A program made the position numbers and the translations under genes. A stretch of DNA of 64,000 bases from IMG/VR virus record IMGVR_UViG_3300028805_003982. The stretch is one strand, 5' to 3'. The notes below the pieces were generated by a model that was not told the origin of the DNA, ran no database searches, and saw only the letters and a program-made list of their open reading frames with translations. Within the stretch, counting starts at the first letter, position 1. Each line of letters begins with the position of its first letter. The DNA comes from a virus. Its lineage: Duplodnaviria > Caudoviricetes. Of the stretch, positions 10,024-20,595 are shown piece after piece.

Positions 10024-10773
10024 ATGTCTGATGTAAATGGCGAGAGTTTTAAGGCTCAGATATCTGAAAAGTTTAACGTAGTACCTTCGGCAAATATTGC
10101 CGGGCGCTATGTTATTGTGTACAGACAGACAGGAGCCGTTGCAGACGACGCTGACGGACACGGCTATACTTCTCCTGCAGCTGCTTGGAAAAGTCTTTAT
10201 CATAAGGTCAATGAGCATGAAATCACTTTAACCGATACCAAAAGTCCCGACGCTTTTCGTCTTGAGCGTATCAGTAATTATAAAGAGCACAAGAAAGCTG
10301 TTGATCAGGAAGCAAAACATAATATAAACAAACAGTTCAGGACTCTGATGCCCAGGATCGAAAGGGCTTTGGTGACTTTGGATGCCGCGATTACTGCAGG
10401 GGTTGTTTCTGCAAACCGGTATTATGCCAGAAGTGTAGGAAACTATTCTACTATTCATTTTATACCTTCTAACGGTGATGCGGGAGCTTTTCTCGTTATG
10501 ACTAATACTTCTATGACGCAGTCTCTGGAAAGCGATATTCCGTGCGGTGTGAGTGTCGATGCTAAAGGGGCCAAGTTTGTTTCTTTTGATCATACTACGG
10601 GTGAAAGAGCCGTTTTAAAAAATCTGCACGTCTGCGTAGCACAGCGTTGTACGAATGCTTTTATGAAGGTATACGACGAGTGGGAGAAAACAGTTTTATC
10701 TGAAATAGATGCCGAATTGGACAGAGTCTACGGTAAATCAAGTGAAACCGGCCCGGAAGGGACCTCATTATAA
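10024..10773 (+). CDS. Hypothetical protein
   Basis: 249 aa ORF in tightly packed operon. Confidence 0.75.
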   Translation: MSDVNGESFKAQISEKFNVVPSANIAGRYVIVYRQTGAVADDADGHGYTSPAAAWKSLYHKVNEHEITLTDTKSPDAFRLERISNYKEHKKAVDQEAKHNINKQFRTLMPRIERALVTLDAAITAGVVSANRYYARSVGNYSTIHFIPSNGDAGAFLVMTNTSMTQSLESDIPCGVSVDAKGAKFVSFDHTTGERAVLKNLHVCVAQRCTNAFMKVYDEWEKTVLSEIDAELDRVYGKSSETGPEGTSL

Positions 10774-10797
10774 AATAAACAGGAGGCTTGTTGCAAA

Positions 10798-11376
10798 ATG
10801 GAAAACAACAATTATTTTAAAGAAATCTATGACAGACTTTATGAGCTTGGTAAAGACTTTATCCCGTCGACTAAGCAGGAATGGGAGAATGACTGGGCAA
10901 AAAGCACATGCGGAGAAGACGACAGAGGTCTTTTCTTGTTAGAGGATTCCATGGCTTTTGTGGCAGGTAAGTTGCATATTACAAAAGGCATGTCTCCTGA
11001 AGATATCATCTGTGAGATCGAGTCGTGGCCGGAAGTCAAAAAGTCTTCTTCAGTTGACAGTGTGCTGGTTTCATACAGGGTATATGAAGGCGTAAAGGAA
11101 TGGAAGGTCAGAGGTGACTGGAAGACCGCTTTAGACGGGGTTAGTGCAGGGCATAGGCTGTCCTCCGTTATCGGATACGGATTCTATAAAGAGGATATTA
11201 CCGAACTGGCCAAGCTTTATAAGAGCGATGGCGTAAATGAATACGGGCATCTTACGGAGCGGCAGCAGAAGATCTACGACCTTTTGGAGGATTGCAATTT
11301 CCATAAAGAGTGCGGTGACTTCATTGATGGCCGGTTTGATGAATACATTACCGATTCTAATGATCTCGGAGTTTAA
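10798..11376 (+). CDS. Hypothetical protein
   Basis: 192 aa; RBS AGGAGG; LLEDCNFHKE motif. Confidence 0.75.
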   Translation: MENNNYFKEIYDRLYELGKDFIPSTKQEWENDWAKSTCGEDDRGLFLLEDSMAFVAGKLHITKGMSPEDIICEIESWPEVKKSSSVDSVLVSYRVYEGVKEWKVRGDWKTALDGVSAGHRLSSVIGYGFYKEDITELAKLYKSDGVNEYGHLTERQQKIYDLLEDCNFHKECGDFIDGRFDEYITDSNDLGV

Positions 11377-11391
11377 AGGAGGATATGGATA

Positions 11392-11823
11392 ATGGATAGA
11401 AACGAAGCTTACAGCAGGTTCTGCAAAGAGGAAAAGAAGAATAAGGAAGACCTTGTTACTTCCTTTAACAACAGAGCTGCAGAGACAGTTGATTTTTGCA
11501 GTATGCTTTTAGACATTGAGAGTAGAGGCTACGACGTCAGACCCATTATTCCCAAGTTTGAGATCAATGTATATAACATACCTGGCAGGGAAGGAAACAC
11601 TGCTTTCATTACGTATATCAAGAATCCTGAGAATGCTCAGGTCGAGCGTTTCGCTTGGAATTCGGATGAAATGCGCTTTTATAAGCCTCAGCAGGACGAT
11701 AAGGTCCTGTCTGCCAAGACGATCGAAGATTTTATCACAGAATTTGACGGCTTTAAGGCAGTATGTCTTCGCGGTATTGATCAGATCATCGGTTACGATG
11801 ACCGTCCCGCACACGGCATGTAA
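11392..11823 (+). CDS. Hypothetical protein
   Basis: 143 aa, RBS AAGGAGG. Confidence 0.75.
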   Translation: MDRNEAYSRFCKEEKKNKEDLVTSFNNRAAETVDFCSMLLDIESRGYDVRPIIPKFEINVYNIPGREGNTAFITYIKNPENAQVERFAWNSDEMRFYKPQQDDKVLSAKTIEDFITEFDGFKAVCLRGIDQIIGYDDRPAHGM

Positions 11824-11834
11824 GGAGGTTTGAT

Positions 11835-12080
11835 ATGGCTTCGAAAAAGAATACAAAGAAAAAATCCGCGAAAACTGCTGAGCTCGGCGAGACTTTTTTA
11901 GTTCTTCGGGTTCCCAAAGACACCGTGCGCATCGATCTGAAAGCGACTGTCCTGCAGGACGATTCCAGTCTGCTTAAAGTGAGCAGGAAGTTCGGCCCGG
12001 GGGAGATAGCACAGATGCGAAGTGATTTTTTGATCATGAGTCCGGCGGAAAACGAGGGGTTTTTACCTTTTGAACTGTAA
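11835..12080 (+). CDS. Hypothetical protein
   Basis: 81 aa, RBS AAGGAGG. Confidence 0.7.
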   Translation: MASKKNTKKKSAKTAELGETFLVLRVPKDTVRIDLKATVLQDDSSLLKVSRKFGPGEIAQMRSDFLIMSPAENEGFLPFEL

Positions 12081-12099
12081 TTAGAGGAGAATAACCAGT

Positions 12100-12534
12100 A
12101 TGGATAATGGTTTTGAGAACAAGTATAAGCTTTTGAACGCTTCTGCGGTCCGCGGTGTGGTCGAGGGGCTTTGCAAAGAAGCCGGGATCAGTGAAGATGC
12201 TATGAAAAAGCTTTTAAACACGATAGACGAGATGCCCGACATGTCAGTTATGAATGTGGGTAAGGGAAGGCTCAGGTTATATGCGTTAAACGACGCAGAT
12301 GAAAAAGAGTGCGGCATTGTATATGAAAACGCTAACGGCGATATTGCCGATCTTTTCTATGTCAAAGGTCGTACGGACCCTGAAGACCTTGTGTTTAAGC
12401 ATGAGCCTGACAGCGCGGATATGAGATGTTATGTGTATTCAGATCCTCTGACCGAGGATTACTCAGAGGATTTTAATATGAGCTCTGCCGATTTTGAAAA
12501 GGGCTTTGGAAATGATCATATAGAAGGACTTTAA
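12100..12534 (+). CDS. Hypothetical protein
   Basis: 144 aa, RBS GAGGAG. Confidence 0.75.
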   Translation: MDNGFENKYKLLNASAVRGVVEGLCKEAGISEDAMKKLLNTIDEMPDMSVMNVGKGRLRLYALNDADEKECGIVYENANGDIADLFYVKGRTDPEDLVFKHEPDSADMRCYVYSDPLTEDYSEDFNMSSADFEKGFGNDHIEGL

Positions 12535-12546
12535 CGGAGGTGTGTT

Positions 12547-12843
12547 ATGGAACTTGGTGAATCTAAGTTTGAGCTTGGTACAACCTTGGTTACCGGCGGG
12601 GTATCTCAGATAATGGAAAGCAACCCCGTTTTTGCTAAGGAAGTATATGAGTGCTTGAGCAGGTACGCGCAAGGCGATTGGGGCGTCGTTGATCCTGAGG
12701 ATGCCAAGATGAATGATGCTGCGTTAGACCCTGAAGAGCCCGATCGCATTCTGGCGGCTTATAACACTTCAGCAGGGAAGATATGGATAATTACCGAATG
12801 GGATCGTTCCGCTACAACGGTTCTTTTCCCGAATGAATACTGA
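12547..12843 (+). CDS. Conserved plasmid/phage small protein
   Basis: CLSRYAQGDWG...IWIITEWDRSATTVLFPNEY, a motif I recognise from small proteins of mobile elements. Confidence 0.75.
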   Translation: MELGESKFELGTTLVTGGVSQIMESNPVFAKEVYECLSRYAQGDWGVVDPEDAKMNDAALDPEEPDRILAAYNTSAGKIWIITEWDRSATTVLFPNEY

Positions 12844-12869
12844 CATAAGATCAGTAAAGGAGTAATAAA

Positions 12870-13199
12870 ATGGACAGAGTTTATGATTTTACTTTGACTA
12901 AAGTCGGCGAAGATCTTTACTCTTTGGATTGCAACAGCCTTAAAATGCCTGACGGTTCTTTAAAGTTGCTTCACAATGAAGTTGCGGTTGATTTTAAAGT
13001 AACCGAAGACGGGTTTCAGATACTTTCCGGATGGCACATAGGTACAGAGGATTTTGATTTTGAAGAAGGCGATTCCTGGGATGATTATGTAGAATATTAT
13101 CACCCCGGAATAACTGAGCAGGTAAGATCTGAAATGAAAAGAATGGAAGAGTGCGGAGTGGATTGTAATAGAAAGACAAATGACGGACAGAGTCTTTGA
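12870..13199 (+). CDS. Hypothetical protein
   Basis: 109 aa, RBS AAGGAG. Confidence 0.7.
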   Translation: MDRVYDFTLTKVGEDLYSLDCNSLKMPDGSLKLLHNEVAVDFKVTEDGFQILSGWHIGTEDFDFEEGDSWDDYVEYYHPGITEQVRSEMKRMEECGVDCNRKTNDGQSL

Positions 13200-13213
13200 A
13201 GGAGGGATTTAAT

Positions 13214-14317
13214 ATGGGTCAATTCTCATGGCTTGATTGTTGTGATCATCGGCAGCAGATCTTAGACGGATTTGCAAAGACTTCATATCTTTTGGTGCCT
13301 CAGGAGTTCCAGGATGAATACGGTTCCAGTATTGAAGAATCCTGTTATGACGGGTACGGCATCTTTGGAAAATATGATGTCTATGACCTTGTTGCCGACT
13401 GGAATAAAAAGTACATCAATCTGGATAATTTTACCAGTAAGGGCCTTGATATAGGCTCTCCCGAAAGCTATGGCGGACTCTGGCCTTTTGAAAAAGAAAA
13501 GCTTGTTAAATCGGGTTTATCACCTGAAGAGATAGCGAATTTAGATAAAGAGGCAAAACAGATGCACTACGACGCCGCTAAACAGCGTGCGGAACATGAT
13601 CTGAAGCAGATCAAAGATTTCTGCGAAGGCAAGCCTGATTCATATATGAGGAAAACATACGGCGATGATTACAAGCGTCTTATTGGCATTACGCTTGCCT
13701 GCTGGGACGAGGATAATTTCAAGCTTAAATATCCCATTAAGATAACATATTATTCAGGTGCGATCTACGAAAACTGCGGGCCGTCTCCTTCAGACCCCAA
13801 TCAGGGTTGGTTTGACGCTGACAGGCAGATAAAACCGATAGTTGCAGAGTGGCTTGGCCGTCAGGAAGACGCGCTGATCGAGGCGATGGACGATCTGGAC
13901 GCTGACGATGCTTCGTTCGAGAATGTGGATTGCGAGGATCTTCTGGTCTGGATAGGTGAGCATCCCCGCCTTTGTAAGAGTATGATGAATTACTTGGATT
14001 TTGACGTTCGCTCCTGGATCTGGGAGATAACCGGAGATTACGACTTCGGTGATTACGGAAGATATAAGATCACGAATCTTTCATGGCAGCAGGGCGGCAA
14101 ACAGCACGCGTTGACCTTGATCGCTGAAGGTCCGTCAGAGATCATACTTCCTGAGAGATTTAATTATCTTGTCGAAGGTACATCCTGTGGTGATATGGAC
14201 GACTTGTACGACCGTATCAGTGAATATGTGCATAGCAAAACGGGGATGTCTTGTGACAAGTCTTTTAAGATTGAGGGTTTTGATATCAATAATGGCCCTG
14301 ACAGACCTTCTTTATAA
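13214..14317 (+). CDS. Hypothetical protein (MGQFSW N-terminus)
   Basis: ORF with RBS GGAGGG; YDGYGIFGKYDVYDLVADWN. Confidence 0.8.
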   Translation: MGQFSWLDCCDHRQQILDGFAKTSYLLVPQEFQDEYGSSIEESCYDGYGIFGKYDVYDLVADWNKKYINLDNFTSKGLDIGSPESYGGLWPFEKEKLVKSGLSPEEIANLDKEAKQMHYDAAKQRAEHDLKQIKDFCEGKPDSYMRKTYGDDYKRLIGITLACWDEDNFKLKYPIKITYYSGAIYENCGPSPSDPNQGWFDADRQIKPIVAEWLGRQEDALIEAMDDLDADDASFENVDCEDLLVWIGEHPRLCKSMMNYLDFDVRSWIWEITGDYDFGDYGRYKITNLSWQQGGKQHALTLIAEGPSEIILPERFNYLVEGTSCGDMDDLYDRISEYVHSKTGMSCDKSFKIEGFDINNGPDRPSL

Positions 14318-14339
14318 GCAGTGGAAAGGGGATACCGAT

Positions 14340-14807
14340 ATGCAGTTATCTGTCTTTGATGATCCTGAGTTTGATCCTTCAACGACTTTTGTTCCGGGCT
14401 ACGAATTACAGCCCGGCGATCTTCATATAGGAGAGGCTTTGTCTTTTGATTCTTTAGCAGACCTTGTAGGGAAGAACGTTGTCTTGGATGACGGGAATAC
14501 CATAAGGGTCGTTCATATAACTTGGTTTGCCAAGGATATTAATCCGGTCTACGGGTGCGGAAATAATCCGCCTGACAAGAAATACGGACCGATCGTCAAC
14601 TCATACGTTTATGATGACTTGAATGCAAAAGTGGTTATCCCCGATTACTATTCCCAGGTCGGGCTTGAATCCCGGGTAGGTTATGAAGACAACCGTAAAG
14701 AATGGTTTATTTCTTCTGAGTTGTGGACTTACGGCGGCAGGTGGGATGATTTTGTTCAGGCCGGCAACCGTTTCTATGCGTTAGACCTTTCGCCCGACAA
14801 TTCCTGA
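14340..14807 (+). CDS. Hypothetical protein
   Basis: ATG at 14340 after AAGGGGG; MQLSVFD N-terminus. Confidence 0.7.
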   Translation: MQLSVFDDPEFDPSTTFVPGYELQPGDLHIGEALSFDSLADLVGKNVVLDDGNTIRVVHITWFAKDINPVYGCGNNPPDKKYGPIVNSYVYDDLNAKVVIPDYYSQVGLESRVGYEDNRKEWFISSELWTYGGRWDDFVQAGNRFYALDLSPDNS

Positions 14808-14859
14808 TTTTTGCGTTATAATATGTAGTATAACTTTAAGGTATACCAGGAGTGTGAAT

Positions 14860-15855
14860 ATGACTGAGTCTCAGATTAATGAAACCCGCCTCATTTTGGC
14901 GGCCGTTGAACGGGGGTGCCCTAACCCTATGCTGATAGGGTATGGCGGCAGCATTGCCTATGGAACGTCTACTGATACTTCGGACGTTGATATACGCGGG
15001 ATCTATGTTAATCCGATAGAAGAATTTATTGGTCTTTATCCTGATTCAGAACAGTTCATGCTTCAGGAATACGATGTTACCATATATAGCCTTAAGAAAA
15101 TGATGAAGCTCCTGGCAGACTGTAATCCCAATACGATAGAGCTGTTAGGTCTTAAGCCTGACCAGTATCTGTTTATAAGCGGAGCAGGTAAGCACCTTCT
15201 TGATCATTCGGATCTGTTCCTTTCTAAGAAGGCCGGATATACATTCGGCTGTTATGCACGTTCTCAGCTTAACAGATTAATGAATAAATCCGGACGGGCC
15301 GTTTCTGCCGTCGTCTCCAACGAAGCACGGTCTCTTACCAACGCGTTAGCGTCGCTTAAACAGAAGGAAGGCATAGAGGGGGTTACGGTCAATACAGATG
15401 ACAAGAACGGCGTTGTACTGACTATTAACGGGTCTTTTTCTATAGATAAGGCCACCCGTTTATTCGGAGAGATAAACAACATCCATTCGGATTACAAAAA
15501 GAGTCATCGCAACGATAAGGCTGTTGCGCACAACAAGATCGGTAAGCACATGATGCATCTTGTCAGGCTGTATCTGATGGGCATCGACATCCTTAAAGAC
15601 CACAAGATCGTTACTTATCGTCCTGAGCATGACCTTTTGATGGATATAAGAAACGGCAGATACTTTGAATCAGACGGAGTCACACCAAACGCGGCATTTA
15701 ACCGTCTGGTATCAGATCTGTCAAAACAGTTCGATGACGCTTGGAAAAACTCAACTCTTCCCGAGTATCCGGATAATGATAAGCTTAATGCGCTTATGAT
15801 GAATTGTGTATGCGAAAGTTTAGGTATTGAAATAAATGAACTCGATCTCTTCTGA
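14860..15855 (+). CDS. Pol-beta superfamily nucleotidyltransferase (RlaP/YcgL-like)
   Basis: GGSIAYGTSTDTSDVDIRGIY, LADCNPNTIELL, KHMMHLVRLY. Confidence 0.85.
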   Translation: MTESQINETRLILAAVERGCPNPMLIGYGGSIAYGTSTDTSDVDIRGIYVNPIEEFIGLYPDSEQFMLQEYDVTIYSLKKMMKLLADCNPNTIELLGLKPDQYLFISGAGKHLLDHSDLFLSKKAGYTFGCYARSQLNRLMNKSGRAVSAVVSNEARSLTNALASLKQKEGIEGVTVNTDDKNGVVLTINGSFSIDKATRLFGEINNIHSDYKKSHRNDKAVAHNKIGKHMMHLVRLYLMGIDILKDHKIVTYRPEHDLLMDIRNGRYFESDGVTPNAAFNRLVSDLSKQFDDAWKNSTLPEYPDNDKLNALMMNCVCESLGIEINELDLF

Positions 15856-17230
15856 CGTTGTCATTAATATACCGACAGGTGCCGATCAGCTGCTTCGTGT
15901 TTTGCAGGAGGAGGGCTTTGACGCGTTCGTTGTCGGAGGCTGCGTAAGGGATGGCCTTCTGGGTATAACGCCTCACGATTGGGATATAACGACTTCGGCC
16001 ACACCCGAAGAAGTGCATTCGGTCCTTTCTTCTTTTAGCATATACGATACGGGTATAAAGCACGGAACGGTTTCCGTTCGTGCGTCTGACGGGGAACTGT
16101 ATGAAGTTACGACGTTCCGCATGGATGGAGAATATCTTGATAACAGGCATCCTGAAAGCGTAAGCTTTGTCCGGGATATAGTAAAAGACCTTGCCCGTCG
16201 TGATTTTACCGTTAATGCCATGGCGTATAGTCCTAAAACAGGGCTTATAGACCCCTTTGGCGGAAGATCGGATCTTGAAAACAACATCTTAAGATGTGTC
16301 GGAAATCCCGACAAAAGATTTAACGAGGATGGATTAAGGATACTTCGGGCTTTGCGGTTTGCATCCGTATATTGTTTTGATATCGAAGCGGACACTGCTG
16401 TTTCGCTCATCAAGAACAGGGCTTTGCTGAATAACATCTCTGCAGAAAGGGTATCCTCCGAATTGGTAAAACTCTTATGCGGAGACAGGGCATTTAAGAT
16501 CCTGGTAGGATATAAGGATGTTATCTTACAGATCATACCTGAACTGTGGCCTTGTGTTCATTTTGCGCAGCACAGCAAATGGCACGATTATTCTGTCTAT
16601 ACCCACATTGCTCATTCGGTTGCTGCATATCAAGGTGATGATCCTGTCATAAAGCTTACAATGCTTTTACACGACATAGCAAAACCCGATTGCTTTGTTC
16701 TCGATGAGCAGGGAAGAGGGCATTTTCCTTATCATGCTGAGAACGGCGAGAAGATCGCTTACGACATCCTGACCAGACTGAAGTTTGATTCATATACCAG
16801 AGATACCGTCTGTCAGCTGATAAGACTTCACGACCGTCAGATAGATCCGACCAGGAGAGCCTGCAGGCGTCTGTTGAATCAGACAGGGGCTGATCTAGCG
16901 TATAAACTCCTGGAAGTGAAAAAGGCTGATACATTGGCTCAGTCAGAATATGCAAAAGATCAGAAAATACCTGAATTTAAGAAAGTACGAGAGCTGATAG
17001 GAGATATATTAAGTGCAGGAAACTGTTTTTCGATAAAGGATCTTCAGATCAACGGCAGTGATCTTATATCAGAGCTGGGAATGGCTCCCGGTAAAGAGAT
17101 AGGCGTTGTACTGCAAAAGCTTCTGGACGGGGTTATCGATGAGAAGGTTGAAAACGCGCACGACGCTTTGCTCTCGGAAGCTGAAAAGATAATAGGTGTT
17201 GATTCTGTATCCGGAACGAACAATCTGTAA
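15836..17230 (+). CDS. cca: CCA-adding tRNA nucleotidyltransferase with HD domain
   Basis: VVGGCVRDGLLG..PHDWDITT, DLARRDFTVNAMA, EDGLRILRALRFA, LLHDIAKP. Confidence 0.9.
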   Translation: MNSISSDVVINIPTGADQLLRVLQEEGFDAFVVGGCVRDGLLGITPHDWDITTSATPEEVHSVLSSFSIYDTGIKHGTVSVRASDGELYEVTTFRMDGEYLDNRHPESVSFVRDIVKDLARRDFTVNAMAYSPKTGLIDPFGGRSDLENNILRCVGNPDKRFNEDGLRILRALRFASVYCFDIEADTAVSLIKNRALLNNISAERVSSELVKLLCGDRAFKILVGYKDVILQIIPELWPCVHFAQHSKWHDYSVYTHIAHSVAAYQGDDPVIKLTMLLHDIAKPDCFVLDEQGRGHFPYHAENGEKIAYDILTRLKFDSYTRDTVCQLIRLHDRQIDPTRRACRRLLNQTGADLAYKLLEVKKADTLAQSEYAKDQKIPEFKKVRELIGDILSAGNCFSIKDLQINGSDLISELGMAPGKEIGVVLQKLLDGVIDEKVENAHDALLSEAEKIIGVDSVSGTNNL

Positions 17231-17251
17231 AGAAAGGGCGGGTAATCTAAT

Positions 17252-17773
17252 ATGACTGAAGGTGTTTGGATCTCGATATTATCCGGCGATACCATAATCC
17301 TTAAGGAAGAGGATGTTGTCACGTTTGATATCTATAAGGCTTGTATAAGTGCGGGTAAGGATATGCAAGAATTGATGCGCACGATCCTTAACGCTAACCG
17401 TGAGGGAGATTCGATCTTTCTTGAGGACCGCGAGTTCGTGGCGCTTTTTAATTTTGCCAAGAACGGTGACCAGATCAAGCTTTATGAGCTCAACAGGCGG
17501 CACACCGAAGATTTTGAGGGTATCTTAAGAGGTATATATAAGTTCGGCAGCAAAGTATGTCTTGATGTCTCGTCCTACAGGGCCGTAAAGCTCGTAAAAG
17601 AGCTCCCCTTAGACGCCGCGGTGCCCAAGCTGCGCGAATGTGTGGCGGAGCTGAAAGATCAGGAACGTCAGATTTTGGAAAATATCGGTAAAAAAGAGGA
17701 GCCTGCTGCTGACGAAACGCTGCAGAAGCAGGCTGAAGATCCGCTTGATGAGTTAAACGAGATGTTCGGCTGA
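17252..17773 (+). CDS. Hypothetical protein
   Basis: 173 aa ORF. Confidence 0.7.
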   Translation: MTEGVWISILSGDTIILKEEDVVTFDIYKACISAGKDMQELMRTILNANREGDSIFLEDREFVALFNFAKNGDQIKLYELNRRHTEDFEGILRGIYKFGSKVCLDVSSYRAVKLVKELPLDAAVPKLRECVAELKDQERQILENIGKKEEPAADETLQKQAEDPLDELNEMFG

Positions 17774-17913
17774 TAATTTAAAGACAGTCGGGCAAGACAG
17801 TTCTAAAAAGGTTCTCCGATGTCATTCTTATATAAAGAATGTGTCGGGGGCTTTTTTATGGCTGCTTTTTGTTTATGACACGACGCCCCGGAACGCATGA
17901 TGAGGAGAACACT

Positions 17914-18483
17914 ATGAATAAAGAAATTACTATGTATGAATCCTTTGAAACCAGCGGGTTTATGTCGCTTCTGATCGATCAGGATGCTGTTGTTTCTGAA
18001 GATAAGCTTACCAAGCTCGTGTATCTTGCCAGAAAACAGTTTGATCAGGTCATCTCTGAATTGACCGGCGGAGAATCGTATCACATTTCCGTTGAAGCAC
18101 GAAGCGTTTTATCAAGGGTATTGCCCGGCAGCTTTGTCGGGCTTGAGTATTACGCCGAAGGAAGTTTTAAATTGACCGATTATGTTCCCGGCGAAAAAGG
18201 GGATAGGGATTATCCCGGGGCGAAGCCTTTCTTCGGCGATTATAAAGAAGAATCAGATATCGATCAGACTATTCATCAAGCCTTTTCCGAGGGATTGGCA
18301 GAACTTTGCAAGACGGAGCTGCCTGATATGTTGGGGCGTATCAGCATGAAAACGGATACTATCTCCTGTACTGCTTTGGATTCGATCATGGAAGACCTCG
18401 CGTATTCCATGTCAGCCGAGCAGGACGCAGCTTTGGAAAAGAAAGCCGAATGGCAGCGAAAGATCGATAGGGAGGGATTGTAA
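17914..18483 (+). CDS. Hypothetical protein
   Basis: ATG at 17914 after GAGGAG. Confidence 0.7.
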   Translation: MNKEITMYESFETSGFMSLLIDQDAVVSEDKLTKLVYLARKQFDQVISELTGGESYHISVEARSVLSRVLPGSFVGLEYYAEGSFKLTDYVPGEKGDRDYPGAKPFFGDYKEESDIDQTIHQAFSEGLAELCKTELPDMLGRISMKTDTISCTALDSIMEDLAYSMSAEQDAALEKKAEWQRKIDREGL

Positions 18484-18484
18484 G

Positions 18485-18955
18485 ATGAGCAGAGACTGGA
18501 CGCCTTTTACACACCACCAGATAGACAAAGATGTTACGCGTTTATCCGAACGCGGTATTAAGTTTGTTAATTCCAACGGTGAAAAGTTTGTCCTGTACGA
18601 CCCTGAGTCGCCTTTTTCCAAGCGCTGCCCCAACTTGTCGTTTTTGTTGGGCGAAAACGAGTGCAAAGCGCTTTTAGAGCGTTCCAAATGTATGGAAGCT
18701 GTCCTTGACAGTGTAGAGGTTAAACTGGATCTGATCATTAAGACCAGGGATACAGTAGGACCTGTAGATACTTCCTGGTATGACAAAGACCCTGATGCCT
18801 TATTTTTGTTAACCGATAAATGGTATACGGGTAATCTTGACCCCGGATTTTATTACAACACGCTTAATCACGGGCGTTTCATTGAGGGCTTGACTGATTA
18901 TGCACGGGAATTGGAAAAAGTATTTCCGAAAACAGGCGTAAAGCCGGAATTATAA
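18485..18955 (+). CDS. Hypothetical protein
   Basis: 156 aa ORF. Confidence 0.7.
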   Translation: MSRDWTPFTHHQIDKDVTRLSERGIKFVNSNGEKFVLYDPESPFSKRCPNLSFLLGENECKALLERSKCMEAVLDSVEVKLDLIIKTRDTVGPVDTSWYDKDPDALFLLTDKWYTGNLDPGFYYNTLNHGRFIEGLTDYARELEKVFPKTGVKPEL

Positions 18956-18968
18956 GGAGGGCGGATAA

Positions 18969-19457
18969 ATGGCTGAATATGGTTTTGAAGAGATGAAGAT
19001 GTCAGGAACCATTGATATCAGACTGTCTGAAGGTATCTCTGTTCACGATCCGATGAAGCTCACGCTCCTTTTCGGCGTTAAGGACAGCCTTTCTCAGGCT
19101 GCTGCAATCGTTTATGGCACGCCTGATTGGGGCAGCAGAGTAACAGATACTTTTGATGACCTTTCTCCGAAGGAATCTTTGGATAAAGCGTTGGCAAAGC
19201 CTGTTATTGATGTCATTACTTACCGGTTTGATATCCGCGGTGAACGTGATGCTTCAAAAGATTATATGGACAGCAACAGGTTTAAAAAATCCTTATGTGA
19301 TGCCTGGGCTGAACAGCTTATTAAATATTGTTCCGAAGTTATGCTGAAGACTCTTGATATGGTCGAGATCAACCCCTCCGAGATCAGCTGTACTGATCAG
19401 GCGGATATCTTTAAGAGCCCGGAAGAGGAAGTCTTTGAGATAAGGTCGGGGCTTTGA
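18969..19457 (+). CDS. Hypothetical protein
   Basis: 162 aa, RBS AAGGAGG. Confidence 0.7.
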   Translation: MAEYGFEEMKMSGTIDIRLSEGISVHDPMKLTLLFGVKDSLSQAAAIVYGTPDWGSRVTDTFDDLSPKESLDKALAKPVIDVITYRFDIRGERDASKDYMDSNRFKKSLCDAWAEQLIKYCSEVMLKTLDMVEINPSEISCTDQADIFKSPEEEVFEIRSGL

Positions 19458-19484
19458 TATTTTGTTGTGAAGGAGCTGAAATAA

Positions 19485-20102
19485 GTGAGTTACAGCATTA
19501 AGACTGATAATACGAATTTTTATTATACCGGCGGAGGTATCTTTGAATACTCCGGTGCTTGCGAACAGAATAAGGCGTGGTTCATGACATCCGACAACTG
19601 GATGAGTGAAGGAAATCCCTATGTTCTCATCGTTAATGAAAACCCTGCTAAAACAGATATGCCGTTTACGGATTCCTGGTGTAACGAACATCAGGTTGCC
19701 GAATTAAACGGTGATGACGCGGGAAGGTTCATTTCAGAGATGTTTAAGGATCTTATCCTTCAGGTACAGTCCGGAAAGCTTGCCATGCTGCCTTCCATTC
19801 TTTATGAAAAGAAGGAACGCTATTCCTTCGGAGGACCTGTAATGTACCAGCCTTCCGGAAATCTGCCGGAAGATACCGTCTTTGCTCCGGACAGCGCAGG
19901 TTCTGCTTTGTTCTGGGTCAAGACCATGGCACTGCAGCTTATAAGCGATGGATTGCTGAATTCGAAGAAGTCCCAGGACTTCAGCGAACAGAAGGCGATC
20001 TACAAGATCCTGGAGATAGGGGAAGAAGAATTCCTTAACGCCGAGGGTGCCGTGTGGGGGATACAGTTTCACCCCATTGACATTGCAAACATAGATTTTT
20101 GA
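19485..20102 (+). CDS. Hypothetical protein
   Basis: 205 aa, GTG start after AAGGAG; YYTGGGI motif. Confidence 0.7.
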   Translation: MSYSIKTDNTNFYYTGGGIFEYSGACEQNKAWFMTSDNWMSEGNPYVLIVNENPAKTDMPFTDSWCNEHQVAELNGDDAGRFISEMFKDLILQVQSGKLAMLPSILYEKKERYSFGGPVMYQPSGNLPEDTVFAPDSAGSALFWVKTMALQLISDGLLNSKKSQDFSEQKAIYKILEIGEEEFLNAEGAVWGIQFHPIDIANIDF

Positions 20103-20119
20103 CTGAAGGAGGATCTGAT

Positions 20120-20578
20120 ATGAAACACTATTGGCTTGGCGTTCCGGGGGAACCCGTTTCATTGGCTCTTTTGCTTAATATATGCGTCGATGAATGCATC
20201 GACAAGCGTCGTGACATTTCTAATTTCACCACTTTCGGGTTTCTGCAGCTGGCTACTGATTCTTTGGCTAGCGATATGCTGAACGACGCCGGGGTGACCA
20301 GTGACGACGTTATAAAGCTGTGGTCTTGTGTATCTATTTATTGGAACGAACCCGAAGGCTGTTACAAGATACAGCTCTTGAGGAGCTCTTTTGATGAAGA
20401 GCCTATAGTGTTGGCTTCAGCCGACGTTGAAACAAACGGTCGCGTACGCAACTACGGAAAGCCCGGAGAGTGGCTTATCGAAAAGGCCATAGAACTGAAA
20501 ATGCCGGGTTTTAAGAACTTGAAAGAAGAAGACAAGCGCGTTTTGTTCGGTAATCTGGACAATACTTTTAACTTGTAA
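20120..20578 (+). CDS. Hypothetical protein
   Basis: ATG at 20120 after AAGGAGG. Confidence 0.7.
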   Translation: MKHYWLGVPGEPVSLALLLNICVDECIDKRRDISNFTTFGFLQLATDSLASDMLNDAGVTSDDVIKLWSCVSIYWNEPEGCYKIQLLRSSFDEEPIVLASADVETNGRVRNYGKPGEWLIEKAIELKMPGFKNLKEEDKRVLFGNLDNTFNL

Positions 20579-20595
20579 TATCGGAGGGGTTTGAT

